NCBI GenBank assembly: GCA_018302545.1
Contig: JAGVZM010000002.1
Span: forward strand, 2,198-66,197
Source of the DNA: Candidatus Woesearchaeota archaeon
Lineage (GTDB): Archaea > Nanobdellota > Nanobdellia > SCGC-AAA011-G17 > GW2011-AR18
Length of the DNA: 64,000 bases
Direction: 5' to 3'
The number at the start of each line of letters is the position of its first letter. Within the stretch, counting starts at the first letter, position 1. A program made the position numbers and the translations under genes. The notes beneath the pieces were generated by a model, which saw only the letters and a program-made list of their open reading frames with translations, ran no database searches and had not been told where the DNA came from. Positions 29,653 through 39,612 of this stretch are shown in pieces.

Positions 29653-30156
29653 ATGATGCCTAAAAAATTTATTAAATATAATCCCGAATTATTTGCAAAA
29701 GGAAAGAGAGGTTTGATTTATGTATTTAAAAAAGATAATAAAAAGATAGCAATAAAAATAAAAAATCCAAAATCAGAGGCAAAAGATAGAATTCAAAATG
29801 AAGCAAAGTTTTTAAAAATTTTAAATAAATATAAAATAGGTCCAAAGATAATGACATCTGGTAAAGACTATTTTTGTTATGAGTTTATAGAAGGAAAATT
29901 ATTAAGAGATTATTTAAAAGAAAATAAAAATCCAGAAAAAGTATTAAAACAAATTATGCAACAATGTAAAATTTTAGATAAATTAAAGATAAACAAAAAA
30001 GAGATGCATAAACCTATAAAGAATATAATAATCAAAAAAGATAAAGTAATATTATTAGATTTTGAAAGATGTTATTATGCAAAAAAACCACACAATGTAA
30101 ATCAATTTAAAGAATTTCTAAGAAGATTTAACGAGCATAAGAAGTTTTCCCAGTAG
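29653..30156 (+). CDS. small Bud32/RIO-like atypical protein kinase (possibly inactive)
   Basis: Gly-loop-like AKGKRGLIYVF, K in AIKIK, LLDFERC (DFG-like); catalytic-loop Asp apparently replaced (HKPIKNIII). Confidence 0.4.
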   Translation: MMPKKFIKYNPELFAKGKRGLIYVFKKDNKKIAIKIKNPKSEAKDRIQNEAKFLKILNKYKIGPKIMTSGKDYFCYEFIEGKLLRDYLKENKNPEKVLKQIMQQCKILDKLKINKKEMHKPIKNIIIKKDKVILLDFERCYYAKKPHNVNQFKEFLRRFNEHKKFSQ

Positions 30157-30979
30157 AACTACTTCTTCTAGGAGGAACGCTACTTGCTCTTCTAAGGGGT
30201 TTTAGAGCAGCCCTCAAATCTCTTTGATAAGCCTCACTAGGAACATAACCAGGAACTACAGGCTCTATAATTCCATATTTTCCAGCTAACATTCTACTAA
30301 GCTCATCTCTTGAAAAGATTCCTAATCTATCATCTGGATCTTGATCACTAAAGCCTTTAATAATTTGTTCTGGATTGTATATCCCTGTTCTTTCAATTAA
30401 ACTAAGTAAAGACAAAATAGACCCTCCCCATTCTGGGTTTCTATTATCATTAACTCTAGGATTTTCTATTAAACCTAAATTCCTTTTAATCATAACCAAA
30501 GGATCTTCAACTGTAAATTCAATTCCAAATAATCCATTAGTTTGAGTTCTAGAATAACGATCTTCATAACTTGCATAAGTATCAAAATGATAACTACCTC
30601 TTGAAGGGTCTTCCTCTATCAAAAAATTTGAGGAAGAAGCTATACCTATAGTTTCCTCCCTTTTAGCAGCAAGACCATAAGAACGATGTAATTGAATTAA
30701 GGAATCTGAAGAACCTAATAAAACAACATGATCATTACCTTTCCAATGAGTTAAAACCTCAGTTCCAAATTTATCAACTAAATGCATCAAAGCACCATAA
30801 GCACCAACAAAAGTAAGATTTGATAAAAGTCCAGAACGAATATAAGCATTCAAATCTAAAGCAGATAAAAAAGTTCTTCTTGGAGCAGAATTATCCAAAG
30901 CATCTTGTAAAGCTAAAAATTCTTCAAGTGTTTTTTCACCACTCTTAAAAACAGCTTCTTCTAAATGCCCCAAAACCAT
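30128..30979 (-). CDS. hypothetical protein in Fic island, Arg/Ser-rich disordered C-terminus
   Basis: ORF with higher GC and different codon usage than surrounding genome; same strand and downstream of fic. Confidence 0.4.
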   Translation of the reverse strand: MVLGHLEEAVFKSGEKTLEEFLALQDALDNSAPRRTFLSALDLNAYIRSGLLSNLTFVGAYGALMHLVDKFGTEVLTHWKGNDHVVLLGSSDSLIQLHRSYGLAAKREETIGIASSSNFLIEEDPSRGSYHFDTYASYEDRYSRTQTNGLFGIEFTVEDPLVMIKRNLGLIENPRVNDNRNPEWGGSILSLLSLIERTGIYNPEQIIKGFSDQDPDDRLGIFSRDELSRMLAGKYGIIEPVVPGYVPSEAYQRDLRAALKPLRRASSVPPRRSSSTGKTSYAR

Positions 30980-31046
30980 TCAAAAATAAAAAAATTAATC
31001 ATTTATAAATTTTTATATTGACAAAAAAATAGATCCAAAAGAAGAA

Positions 31047-32024
31047 TTATTCAGATTTAGAATGAACACTAGTTTTAAAACCATAATCAAGTGCACATTT
31101 AGTAACAATCCCATTAACTTGTTTATAACCTATATCTCCTGTGACATCCAATACTTTATCCTTTCTACCAGAACATTCAATATCTAAAATTCTAACTTTT
31201 ACTCCCTGTCCTCCAATATGATGGCCATAACTTCTAATCCTTTGTGCAGTAGAAATAACAATTGCCCTATCAGGAACATCTACTAAAGTAACAACATATT
31301 TCCTCTGAGCCCTTAGATCCTCTTCTAATCTCCTAGCAGAACCCAAAACCTTTGTAGCTACAAATGTTCTAAACAAATTTTCACCATCACTTGGTTTTTC
31401 AAAAGAACTAGTTTTTGCATATCGATCTTTTAAAGCAATATTCAACAGAGCTATGTAATGTTCTCTATCAGAGGGAACTATAATTCCTGGAGTGTATCCT
31501 GATTTTTTCAAGCAATAACCTTGTACTAATCTAGCAGATCTACCATTACCATCTACAAAAGGATGAACTTGAACAATTTCTAAATGTGCTTCTATCGCTT
31601 TTAAAACAGGATGAGCTTGACTGTGTTCCATCAATTCTACTAAACTTTTCATTCTGCCAGCAATTTGATCATAATCATGTGGAGGATTAAAACTCCCAAA
31701 TTGAACTTCAGTAATTCTAAAATTTCTTGTTTTATTTTTATCTGGTTCTATTAAATAACCTAAAGCAGCTAAAGTCCCTAAACTTAAACCATACATATCT
31801 AAATGACTTGAAGCAGAATCTAAATTTTGGAGGGCTACTCTCTCCCTCTTTCTCAAAGCAGATTTTTTTAGATTTTCTTCCTCTAACTCTAAGGACAATG
31901 AATGTTTGGCTGCCTCAGCAAGCAAAGTGTTAAACTCTCTAGTTCTTAATGAACTAGAATATTCTGGATGAACATTAATTCTCTCTACTACTTCATCTAT
32001 TTTAGCAAGTAACTTTTTCATCAT
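31047..32024 (-). CDS. fic: Fic/Doc family protein (adenylyltransferase-type)
   Basis: canonical Fic motif HPFVDGNGRSARLV. Confidence 0.8.
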   Translation of the reverse strand: MMKKLLAKIDEVVERINVHPEYSSSLRTREFNTLLAEAAKHSLSLELEEENLKKSALRKRERVALQNLDSASSHLDMYGLSLGTLAALGYLIEPDKNKTRNFRITEVQFGSFNPPHDYDQIAGRMKSLVELMEHSQAHPVLKAIEAHLEIVQVHPFVDGNGRSARLVQGYCLKKSGYTPGIIVPSDREHYIALLNIALKDRYAKTSSFEKPSDGENLFRTFVATKVLGSARRLEEDLRAQRKYVVTLVDVPDRAIVISTAQRIRSYGHHIGGQGVKVRILDIECSGRKDKVLDVTGDIGYKQVNGIVTKCALDYGFKTSVHSKSE

Positions 32025-32089
32025 TCAGAAAAAATAATAGTCAATTTATAAATCTTTCTATTAGATTACCACCATTAAATAGTAAAAAA

Positions 32090-33397
32090 TTAATGACGGT
32101 TTGATTTCTTCTTAACATTACTAGAAGCCATTTTAAGCATTTTTAAAGCATAATTAACAGGATTCTTGCATTTACTACAAATACCGTCATCACATTTAAT
32201 GCTCATAGTTTTATAATAACTAGGGTTATCACAATTAGGAGGCAAAACCAATTTCTTCTGCCTTTTAAACCAACTTATCTGAGCCTTAACATAACCTTCT
32301 CTTAAAGGTTCAGCATTTCTTTTATTCCACTCAAGCATAAACTTCTCTATATCTTCTAGATTCCAACCAACATTTTGTAAAAAGTTAACTAAAATAAAAA
32401 TGCCTCTCTTCCTTCCATCTTCCTCTACGCCTTGCATTAATTTTAAAATACAAGGAGGAAAATAATCAACCTTTATTGGAACCTTAGGAGCCTCAAACTT
32501 TCTAGTAATTGTTATTTGTTTCTCTTCAATATAATTAGTTTTTCTAGCCCAATCAAAAGCTTGTATCAACAAATTTTTAGCTTCATCCTTTTCAACATTC
32601 TCTGAATCTAAAAATTTCAATCCAAATTTGACATTATCTATCTTTGCCTGTCTAATGTCAAAATCCTTAATAGTCTTCAAAGGTATACTAACTAACCCAG
32701 ATTTTTCATTTATACTATAAGCACATCTAAACAAATGTCTACTAGATATTAAAACACTATCGATATCTACTAACTTAAAAGGATCCAATTTATTCTCTTT
32801 AATAACATCTTCAACTTTTTTTCCAACACTCTTAGCAGCATCTTCTACTGTATGAGTCTCTAAAATCTTAGCACTTAAATGTTCTTTAATCATATTCTTA
32901 AGATATTCAGAAATAACTCTCACACCATCAGGAAAATAATCTTTTATATTAACATTATTAACATTAGAAGGGAAAGCTTCAAAAGGAATACCAATATGGA
33001 ATCCACGATTACCTGAATATTTTATAGAAAAATTCTTAACATCATTAAACCTTAAAGCATCTTCTAAAAATTCAGCGCACATAATACTAAAGTTTAAATT
33101 TTTACTATCCAAATCCAAGATACAACTCCAACCAATCCTTAAGTTATCTAATTCTTTCTTACTCAAACCACTTTCAAGCATCATAGGATCTTTCCAAATT
33201 TCCTCACTAACATGAAAAGAAGTCATACCTTGTTTAACTAAATCATTAATATCTCCCTGAAAATTAACAATCTCTGGTCTTTTTCCCCTAATATCTCCAA
33301 ACCAAGCCTGAACCTCTCTATTTTGAGATAGTCTCATCAATTCTTTTTGAACTTCGTTTTGAGAATAATACTCTTTTATTTTTTTAAGATCAGACAT
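32090..33397 (-). CDS. priS: archaeo-eukaryotic DNA primase small-subunit (PriS)-like protein with C-terminal Cys-cluster extension
   Basis: AEP motifs ILDLDSKN (DxD) and YSGNRGFHIGIPF (SGxRGxH); C-terminal CDNPSYYKTMSIKCDDGICSKC. Confidence 0.55.
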   Translation of the reverse strand: MSDLKKIKEYYSQNEVQKELMRLSQNREVQAWFGDIRGKRPEIVNFQGDINDLVKQGMTSFHVSEEIWKDPMMLESGLSKKELDNLRIGWSCILDLDSKNLNFSIMCAEFLEDALRFNDVKNFSIKYSGNRGFHIGIPFEAFPSNVNNVNIKDYFPDGVRVISEYLKNMIKEHLSAKILETHTVEDAAKSVGKKVEDVIKENKLDPFKLVDIDSVLISSRHLFRCAYSINEKSGLVSIPLKTIKDFDIRQAKIDNVKFGLKFLDSENVEKDEAKNLLIQAFDWARKTNYIEEKQITITRKFEAPKVPIKVDYFPPCILKLMQGVEEDGRKRGIFILVNFLQNVGWNLEDIEKFMLEWNKRNAEPLREGYVKAQISWFKRQKKLVLPPNCDNPSYYKTMSIKCDDGICSKCKNPVNYALKMLKMASSNVKKKSNRH

Positions 33398-33465
33398 AAA
33401 ATAAATAGATTTACAATATTTATAAAAACTTCCAAGAAAAAGATATGATATCTACAAAATATATT

Positions 33466-34005
33466 TCATCTTCTATTATAAATACTAACCCCTGCATTAG
33501 TCAATCTAAATTTAACAAAATATTTTCTTAAATCTAAATTTCTAACTACGCATTCAAAGACTCCTAAAGCCCCTTGATGACTAACAATTAAAATAGTTCC
33601 AGAATTATGTTTCTGTAATATGTAACTATAAAATTTCTTAATCCTCTTTTGGACGTCCAACCAATTCTCACCACTAAAAGATTTCTGATGAAATTTATCT
33701 CCTTTCAAATCAGCATGTTCATATTCTTCCTTGCTTTTACCTTCAAAGATACCATATCTTTTTTCTCTTAATAACCTGTTCTTAATAATCTTAACATTAT
33801 GATATTTAGCGATAATTTTAGCAGTATCAAGACATCTTTTCAAATCACTTGTATAAATAATCTCAATTTTATTATTTTTTAAAGATTTAGCAGTCTTCTC
33901 AACTTGATCCTTTCCTTTCTGAGTTAAATGCCCAGGTAACCAACCTTGAATTATATGTTTTCTATTTTCTCTAGTTTGACCATGCCTGACAAAAATTAAT
34001 TTCAT
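33466..34005 (-). CDS. histidine phosphatase family protein (phosphoglycerate-mutase-like)
   Basis: LIFVRHGQTRENR (RHG motif), YTSDLKRCLDTAKII. Confidence 0.7.
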   Translation of the reverse strand: MKLIFVRHGQTRENRKHIIQGWLPGHLTQKGKDQVEKTAKSLKNNKIEIIYTSDLKRCLDTAKIIAKYHNVKIIKNRLLREKRYGIFEGKSKEEYEHADLKGDKFHQKSFSGENWLDVQKRIKKFYSYILQKHNSGTILIVSHQGALGVFECVVRNLDLRKYFVKFRLTNAGVSIYNRR

Positions 34006-34036
34006 AATAATAAAAAGAAGAGGATTACTTATAAAT

Positions 34037-34441
34037 CTAATTCATACCTTGTATTTCTTTTTGTAATTGCATTAATTTATTTCTAGTATTATTAATCTCA
34101 GTTTTTAATTGAATCATAAAATCACTAACTTCTTGCATTTGGATATTGACTGTCTGTTTAGCTTCATGCAAACTCTTTTCAACACAAAGATTACTACCAA
34201 CATTCATTACAACACTTTGATTATCATTTAAAGAACCTTTCAAAAAAATCCCATTACCTAAGGGAATTAAAGATTCAGTATCTTTTTTAGTATTAGAAAT
34301 AACATCTAAATTCTCATTTAATTTCATAAGATCATTTATGTGTTTTTCTATGTTTTCAGAATTTTGCTCTAATTGTTGTAATTGCTGCATTAACATCTGA
34401 AATTCCATATACTTATGTTGCATTTGATTATTTTCAGACAT
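34037..34441 (-). CDS. pfdA: prefoldin alpha subunit
   Basis: coiled-coil, hairpin, coiled-coil: IPLGNGIFLKGSL...VVMNVGSNLCVEKSLHEA; conserved position after rpl14e. Confidence 0.55.
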   Translation of the reverse strand: MSENNQMQHKYMEFQMLMQQLQQLEQNSENIEKHINDLMKLNENLDVISNTKKDTESLIPLGNGIFLKGSLNDNQSVVMNVGSNLCVEKSLHEAKQTVNIQMQEVSDFMIQLKTEINNTRNKLMQLQKEIQGMN

Positions 34442-34836
34442 TATTCTTTTTTAGAAGAAGTTTTCTTCTTAACTACTTTTTTAATTTTAGACTCTTTTTT
34501 ATTGTCAAGTTTAGATTCCTCAGGCTTATCCAAATGTTTTTGTAAAGATTTTCTAATCTTAACAGGCTTTTGTTTTTTATCTCTAGCCTCTCCTTCCTTA
34601 GGTTCTTTAAAATCGAAACCTGCTTCTTTCAAAGCTTTTCTAACTTCTTCTGTTTTGGCTCCTTTTTTAATCTTAGCTTGGCTACCTAAAAATTCCAAAT
34701 GAATTAAATTACATTTTTTTCTTCTTGTTAATCCATCCACTAAAACAAATTTATCATCAACAACATCAACAACTGCGCACAATTGCCCAGCATCTCTTCC
34801 AGCAATCTTCAAAGCAATTTCCCCAACTTTAACCAT
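34441..34836 (-). CDS. rpl14e: 50S ribosomal protein L14e (KOW) with K-rich C-terminal extension
   Basis: VKVGEIALKIAGRDAGQLCAVVDVVDDKFVLVDG. Confidence 0.8.
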   Translation of the reverse strand: MVKVGEIALKIAGRDAGQLCAVVDVVDDKFVLVDGLTRRKKCNLIHLEFLGSQAKIKKGAKTEEVRKALKEAGFDFKEPKEGEARDKKQKPVKIRKSLQKHLDKPEESKLDNKKESKIKKVVKKKTSSKKE

Positions 34837-35119
34837 CTTGTTTCACCATGCCTTTTGCTTTTTGAACCATAACCTTCCTCATGCAACCACTACAAAGAAC
34901 CCCTCCATAAGGTCTCTCTGGTCTTTTTTGAGTCTTACTTAATTTTTTAATTTGAGCAACTATTCCTCTAGCAACCCCAATTAAATATTTGCCACAATCT
35001 CTACATTGAGGTTTACCTGGTTTTCTTCTCTCATAATGAATGACATTATCCCCAGTAGGAGTTCTTCTATGAACTCTTCTCAAACTTCTTGATCTAAATC
35101 TTGGTTGTACCATTTTCAA
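34829..35119 (-). CDS. rpl34e: 50S ribosomal protein L34e
   Basis: RFRSRSLRRVHRRTPTGDNVIHYERRKPGKPQCRDCGK...YGGVLCSGC. Confidence 0.8.
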   Translation of the reverse strand: MKMVQPRFRSRSLRRVHRRTPTGDNVIHYERRKPGKPQCRDCGKYLIGVARGIVAQIKKLSKTQKRPERPYGGVLCSGCMRKVMVQKAKGMVKQDG

Positions 35120-35571
35120 TGCACCTTCAAAATCTTTCTTAATATTAAACTAAATATAAGGGAAAAGACAATATAATTACCTATTCCCCCCATACCTAAA
35201 AAGACAGTACCAAAAGGTTCATAAATGTTTCTTATCCAAGTAAATATCAATATAAAAGGAATAAGAGTAACTAACATAGGTTTTAAGCTCTGTTTAAATT
35301 GTTGAATTATTAAATCCATTTGCTCTGCTTGTACTTTCTTATTAACTTCCATCATTTTCTTAGGATCATTCTTATGCTTCTTAATTTCATTCTGCATTTC
35401 TTTAGACCTTTCCTTAAAAGATTTCATCAGTTCTTGATCTGTCAAATATTTAAAAGCCAATAAAGAAACTAAAGATAAAATAAAAGAGATTACAATTATC
35501 CCAAATAATGGGCTTATATTTATAGCCCAACCAAACAAAAATCCTAAAATCTGATCTACAAAACTAACCAT
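35116..35571 (-). CDS. DUF106 family membrane protein (archaeal Oxa1/YidC/EMC3-like insertase homologue)
   Basis: 3 TM plus coiled-coil topology; conserved position between secY and rpl34e. Confidence 0.6.
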   Translation of the reverse strand: MVSFVDQILGFLFGWAINISPLFGIIVISFILSLVSLLAFKYLTDQELMKSFKERSKEMQNEIKKHKNDPKKMMEVNKKVQAEQMDLIIQQFKQSLKPMLVTLIPFILIFTWIRNIYEPFGTVFLGMGGIGNYIVFSLIFSLILRKILKVH

Positions 35572-35572
35572 T

Positions 35573-36946
35573 TTAACTATCCCCCCCCATCATCTTTCTC
35601 AAAGAAGGATGCATATCCATCATATGTTGTTTAGCTATATCCTCATATAATTTATATATAATCATAACAGCTAATAAGATACCTGTACCTCTTGACAAAG
35701 CTCCAAGCAAATCTGCTCCTGCAGCAATCAAACCAATAGATAAACCACCCATAACAGTCAAAGGAAAAATATATCTCTCTAGTATTCTCTCTAAAATTCT
35801 TTGATCAGTCCTAAATCCAGCTACATGCAATCCAGCAGCCCTAATCTGTTTAGCTTGACTTTGTGCATTCATACCTGCACTTTGCACCCAAAAAATAGAG
35901 AACACAACAGAACCCAAAGCTAAAACAACCATATAAACCATTGCCTTGAAAACATCACTTGCCACTAAACTTCCGGAGATAGCATTAAGTACTATAGGAC
36001 TACCACTAACCCAAGATGCAATTGAAGTAGCAGTAGCAGAACTAACTATTTCCCTTGTTTGTAAAAAAGTAACTGCTAGTTGTATATTAGCCAACAAAGC
36101 AGCTATTAATATAACTGGAATATTACTTGTGTATAAAAAATTCAGAGGCCATCTAACCCCATACCCTCTCACTCTTCCAAAACTTAAAGGAATTTCTACT
36201 TTCATAGCTTGTCCATAGACACTTATAACAAATACAATAATAGTCGCAATTATTGCAAAAGCAGCTGTAAAAGCCTCACTAGTAGAACCATTAATCAAAC
36301 TTAAAATAAAAACAAAGAATGCGCCAATAGGAGCACCATCAGAACCAACTCCAAAAGCAAAAGTGCCACTACTAGTCAAAGGACTAAAAGCCCTAATAAA
36401 GATCTCAGCAGCAACACCTGAAGCTATAAACAGACTAACACCTGAACCAAAACCCCATTTGTTAGTAACTTCATCCATATAAAATATTAAAATACCTCCA
36501 ATAATCAACTGAGTTATTAAAATATATTCCATACCAGGTTGTGCTCTTAAACCATTTAACATAACATAGACAATTGCTTCAAAAATAATAAAAAACCAAG
36601 TAGTTAATTTTTGTAAACTCTGAAAAAAAGTCCTACCATCATGTGTAGTTGTATCTATCTTTAAGATACCAGAACCAACAAGTAACTGTAAAACAATAGA
36701 TCCGGTAACAATAGGACCTATTCCTAAACTTAAAATAGAACCAAAGCTAGCACCAAGGATAATAGATAATTCTCTAAATTGTGAAAGTGCATTACTTTCT
36801 AAACCATATAAAGGAATCACTCCTAAAATAAAAAAAGAAACTAAAATCATTAAAGTCCATTTTAACTTAACTTTAAAATCCAACTTTTTCTCTGGTTTTC
36901 TTACCTCTGGTATAAAAGAAACTACCTTAGTTACTAGATCCTTCAT
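35573..36946 (-). CDS. secY: preprotein translocase subunit SecY
   Basis: 10 TM, SecY signature regions; downstream of rpl15. Confidence 0.9.
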   Translation of the reverse strand: MKDLVTKVVSFIPEVRKPEKKLDFKVKLKWTLMILVSFFILGVIPLYGLESNALSQFRELSIILGASFGSILSLGIGPIVTGSIVLQLLVGSGILKIDTTTHDGRTFFQSLQKLTTWFFIIFEAIVYVMLNGLRAQPGMEYILITQLIIGGILIFYMDEVTNKWGFGSGVSLFIASGVAAEIFIRAFSPLTSSGTFAFGVGSDGAPIGAFFVFILSLINGSTSEAFTAAFAIIATIIVFVISVYGQAMKVEIPLSFGRVRGYGVRWPLNFLYTSNIPVILIAALLANIQLAVTFLQTREIVSSATATSIASWVSGSPIVLNAISGSLVASDVFKAMVYMVVLALGSVVFSIFWVQSAGMNAQSQAKQIRAAGLHVAGFRTDQRILERILERYIFPLTVMGGLSIGLIAAGADLLGALSRGTGILLAVMIIYKLYEDIAKQHMMDMHPSLRKMMGGDS

Positions 36947-37397
36947 CTTTATTTATGATAACACCACCCTTTTCTTGAATTTTCTTACTTGCACTATTTG
37001 AAATATGCTCAGCATCTAATTTTAATTTAACACTCAATTCTCCTGTTCCTAACAATTTTTGATAACCTAACTTACTCAAATTCACAATATACATATCTTT
37101 CTCTTTGCTAATCAGCTTACTTTCCAAATAAAAGTTTAATTTCTTTTGTAAATCTTTTATATTAATAGCTTTAACTTTTTTAATCATCTTCTGAGGTCTA
37201 TGAAATCCTCTTTTACCAAAATATTCATTACCATATAATTTTAAAATAGTAGGCTTTTTTTGATCAGCCCTCTTTCCAGTTCCAGCCATGCCCTTACCGC
37301 CCCTATTACCTGCACCTCTTCTCTTCTTTTTACTGCCACAACCATGTGTATGACTTCCTCTGTACCTTGAAAGCTTTCCTCTCTTATTTACTGTCAT
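36927..37397 (-). CDS. rpl15: 50S ribosomal protein L15 (uL15)
   Basis: RYRGSHTHGCGSKKKRRGAGNRGGKGMAGTGKR. Confidence 0.85.
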   Translation of the reverse strand: MTVNKRGKLSRYRGSHTHGCGSKKKRRGAGNRGGKGMAGTGKRADQKKPTILKLYGNEYFGKRGFHRPQKMIKKVKAINIKDLQKKLNFYLESKLISKEKDMYIVNLSKLGYQKLLGTGELSVKLKLDAEHISNSASKKIQEKGGVIINKDEGSSN

Positions 37398-37861
37398 AGC
37401 ATTTTCCTCACAAGATTATTTATTTCTTTACCCCTATATCCTAAAGAACCACCTAAACTAAAAGGTTTTTTTATACCTTCTCTCTCAAAGCCCCCGCGAG
37501 GTGGAGTCAATCTAAAAAAAGGTTTTAAACCTGGAACTTCTTTTAGTTTAACTTTTCCTTCAATAAAATTATTAATAAATTCATCAAATCCTGCTTTAGC
37601 ATTATCTTTTAAATATTTTTCAGTTAGAGGATGGTTGCCTACTATCTTGCCTCTTTTCTCAAATAATAATTTAACAGTCTCTTTATCTGCCTCTCCCCAA
37701 GTAATATAATCCTTAAGTCTCGCCAACATACCTATTCTTTCAGGAGTATTATCAACAAGCACACAACTATTTTTCTTTATTAGTTTAAGAGATTTCAAAG
37801 TATCTTTAAAATTTCTATTAATATTTAAAACTCCTCTAACTTGAACAACAGCTAATTTCAT
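37394..37861 (-). CDS. rpl30: 50S ribosomal protein L30 (uL30)
   Basis: MKLAVVQVRGVLNINRNFKDTLKSLKL. Confidence 0.85.
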   Translation of the reverse strand: MKLAVVQVRGVLNINRNFKDTLKSLKLIKKNSCVLVDNTPERIGMLARLKDYITWGEADKETVKLLFEKRGKIVGNHPLTEKYLKDNAKAGFDEFINNFIEGKVKLKEVPGLKPFFRLTPPRGGFEREGIKKPFSLGGSLGYRGKEINNLVRKML

Positions 37862-38586
37862 AATTCACTCCTAACAAAAGCACCATCAACAACTCCAGAT
37901 TGAGCACAAAAATCATCATTAACCTTAACTTTATTCAATTCTCTCAAAGCTTCGAAAGTAGCCATGAAAAAATTCAGTTTTGTTGAAGTATTCCCTAAAC
38001 TCTTAGAATAAACATCTTTAATACCCGCTAATTCTAGAATCTTTCTACACTTTCTTTCTGCATTCAAACCAGTTCCCCTAGGTGCAGGTTTAAATGTTAC
38101 TTCTACACTACCATGTTTTCCATAAACTCTAAAAGGAATTGAATGATGGGTTTTACAACCACAGTCCCAAGATCCACAACCTCTTCTAATCTTAATAAGA
38201 TTTAATTTAGCATTTCTAATAGCCTTCTCTCTTGCAGGTACAGTTTCTTTACTACTTCCAAAACCAACACCAACAAAACCATTTTTGTTACCCACAACAG
38301 CAAATGCAGAAAACTTCATTCTAGATCCCTCTGAAGTTATTTTTTGAGTTTGTTTCCAAATACTCCCTTTACCACCACCAAACTTACCCTTACTTTGACC
38401 AACTTCTAAAAGTTGTGTCTCTAAATCAGGCAATAAAGCATCTACTAACTCAGCCTCAAGAATTCTATAACCACTATCAAGGATGTAAGCAATATCTGTT
38501 ATCTCTCCAGATTTCACTCTTCTACCTAACTCAGTCTTAGGATTCCACTCCTCCAAATTAAATGTTTTACCTTTTAACATTTGCAA
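37858..38586 (-). CDS. rps5: 30S ribosomal protein S5 (uS5)
   Basis: dsRBD plus S5 C-terminal domain: RMKFSAFAVVGNKNGFVGVGFGSSKE. Confidence 0.9.
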   Translation of the reverse strand: MQMLKGKTFNLEEWNPKTELGRRVKSGEITDIAYILDSGYRILEAELVDALLPDLETQLLEVGQSKGKFGGGKGSIWKQTQKITSEGSRMKFSAFAVVGNKNGFVGVGFGSSKETVPAREKAIRNAKLNLIKIRRGCGSWDCGCKTHHSIPFRVYGKHGSVEVTFKPAPRGTGLNAERKCRKILELAGIKDVYSKSLGNTSTKLNFFMATFEALRELNKVKVNDDFCAQSGVVDGAFVRSEL

Positions 38587-39154
38587 TCATCTTCTCCTTA
38601 GCTTGATCAAAATATTTGCTTAAATCTTCTGGTTTAAATCCATTTTTAAGATAAACAGAAAACTGCTTCTTATAAACTTCACTATCTTTAACCTTTTTAG
38701 CATAATCCTCTATATGTTTACCAGAAACTCTATCTTCACTTGGTAAAAAAGATTCATTAACCTTAACTTTAAATCCTGAATCAATCAATCCTTTAGAAAC
38801 ACCAAATAAAGAAGAGCCCTTAACAACCCTATTAAATCCAAAATCAATAATTCCAGTATCAATACCTTTTTGTAAAGCTTTAAGACCACATAAAAAACCA
38901 ACAAGATAAGAAGAAGGTAAATTTCCTCTATGAGCTTTCCAACCATATTTAATAAGTTCTCTCGAATGGCTAGAAACCAAAACTTTGTCACCTTTTAAAT
39001 CAAAACCTACAATCTGAACAAGTATATTATTCAAAGAAATCCTAACAATCACTCTAAACATATTAGAAGATATAAGTTTCAACCTAGTCCTATAATCTGT
39101 TTTCCCTTCTCTCTTTCTTCTATAAGCCAAAGTATATGCATTTCCTTTTTTCAT
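38567..39154 (-). CDS. rpl18: 50S ribosomal protein L18 (uL18)
   Basis: position and RRKREGKTDYRTRLKL. Confidence 0.85.
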   Translation of the reverse strand: MKKGNAYTLAYRRKREGKTDYRTRLKLISSNMFRVIVRISLNNILVQIVGFDLKGDKVLVSSHSRELIKYGWKAHRGNLPSSYLVGFLCGLKALQKGIDTGIIDFGFNRVVKGSSLFGVSKGLIDSGFKVKVNESFLPSEDRVSGKHIEDYAKKVKDSEVYKKQFSVYLKNGFKPEDLSKYFDQAKEKMIANVKR

Positions 39155-39612
39155 TTTTTATCCTTCTTTAACCATAATTCATGTTCTGTTAAGTAAAGTT
39201 TTATATGTCTTCTGCTTCTGAAAAATCCCCCTCTAGATTTAACTCTCAAGTGCCTATAAGTTTCTCTAGAGATTTTTTGATCAGTAACCAATGAAGAAAC
39301 TAAGTCTCTCTGAGCTCTAATAGAATTCATCCAATTTTGTTTTCTAGACAATCTTGCAGTTTCTTTTCCTTTCTTATTACCTGGACCATTTCTTCTACCC
39401 TTACGTTTTTGGATTATTCTCTTTCTTATTCTAGATCTTGATATTCCTCTTTTAGGTTTAACTAAAATTACTCCATTAGAGATTAAACCTCTTAAATCTT
39501 CTTTAGTCACAGCTTCTTTAATTTCATTAGACTTCTCAGGATTAAACCAAACTCTACCCAAACCAATATCTAGTAACCTAGCAACCATTTCTTTTTTACT
39601 TCTTAGGTTCAT
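39151..39612 (-). CDS. rpl19e: 50S ribosomal protein L19e
   Basis: MNLRSKKEMVARLLDIGLGRVWFNPEK. Confidence 0.85.
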   Translation of the reverse strand: MNLRSKKEMVARLLDIGLGRVWFNPEKSNEIKEAVTKEDLRGLISNGVILVKPKRGISRSRIRKRIIQKRKGRRNGPGNKKGKETARLSRKQNWMNSIRAQRDLVSSLVTDQKISRETYRHLRVKSRGGFFRSRRHIKLYLTEHELWLKKDKK

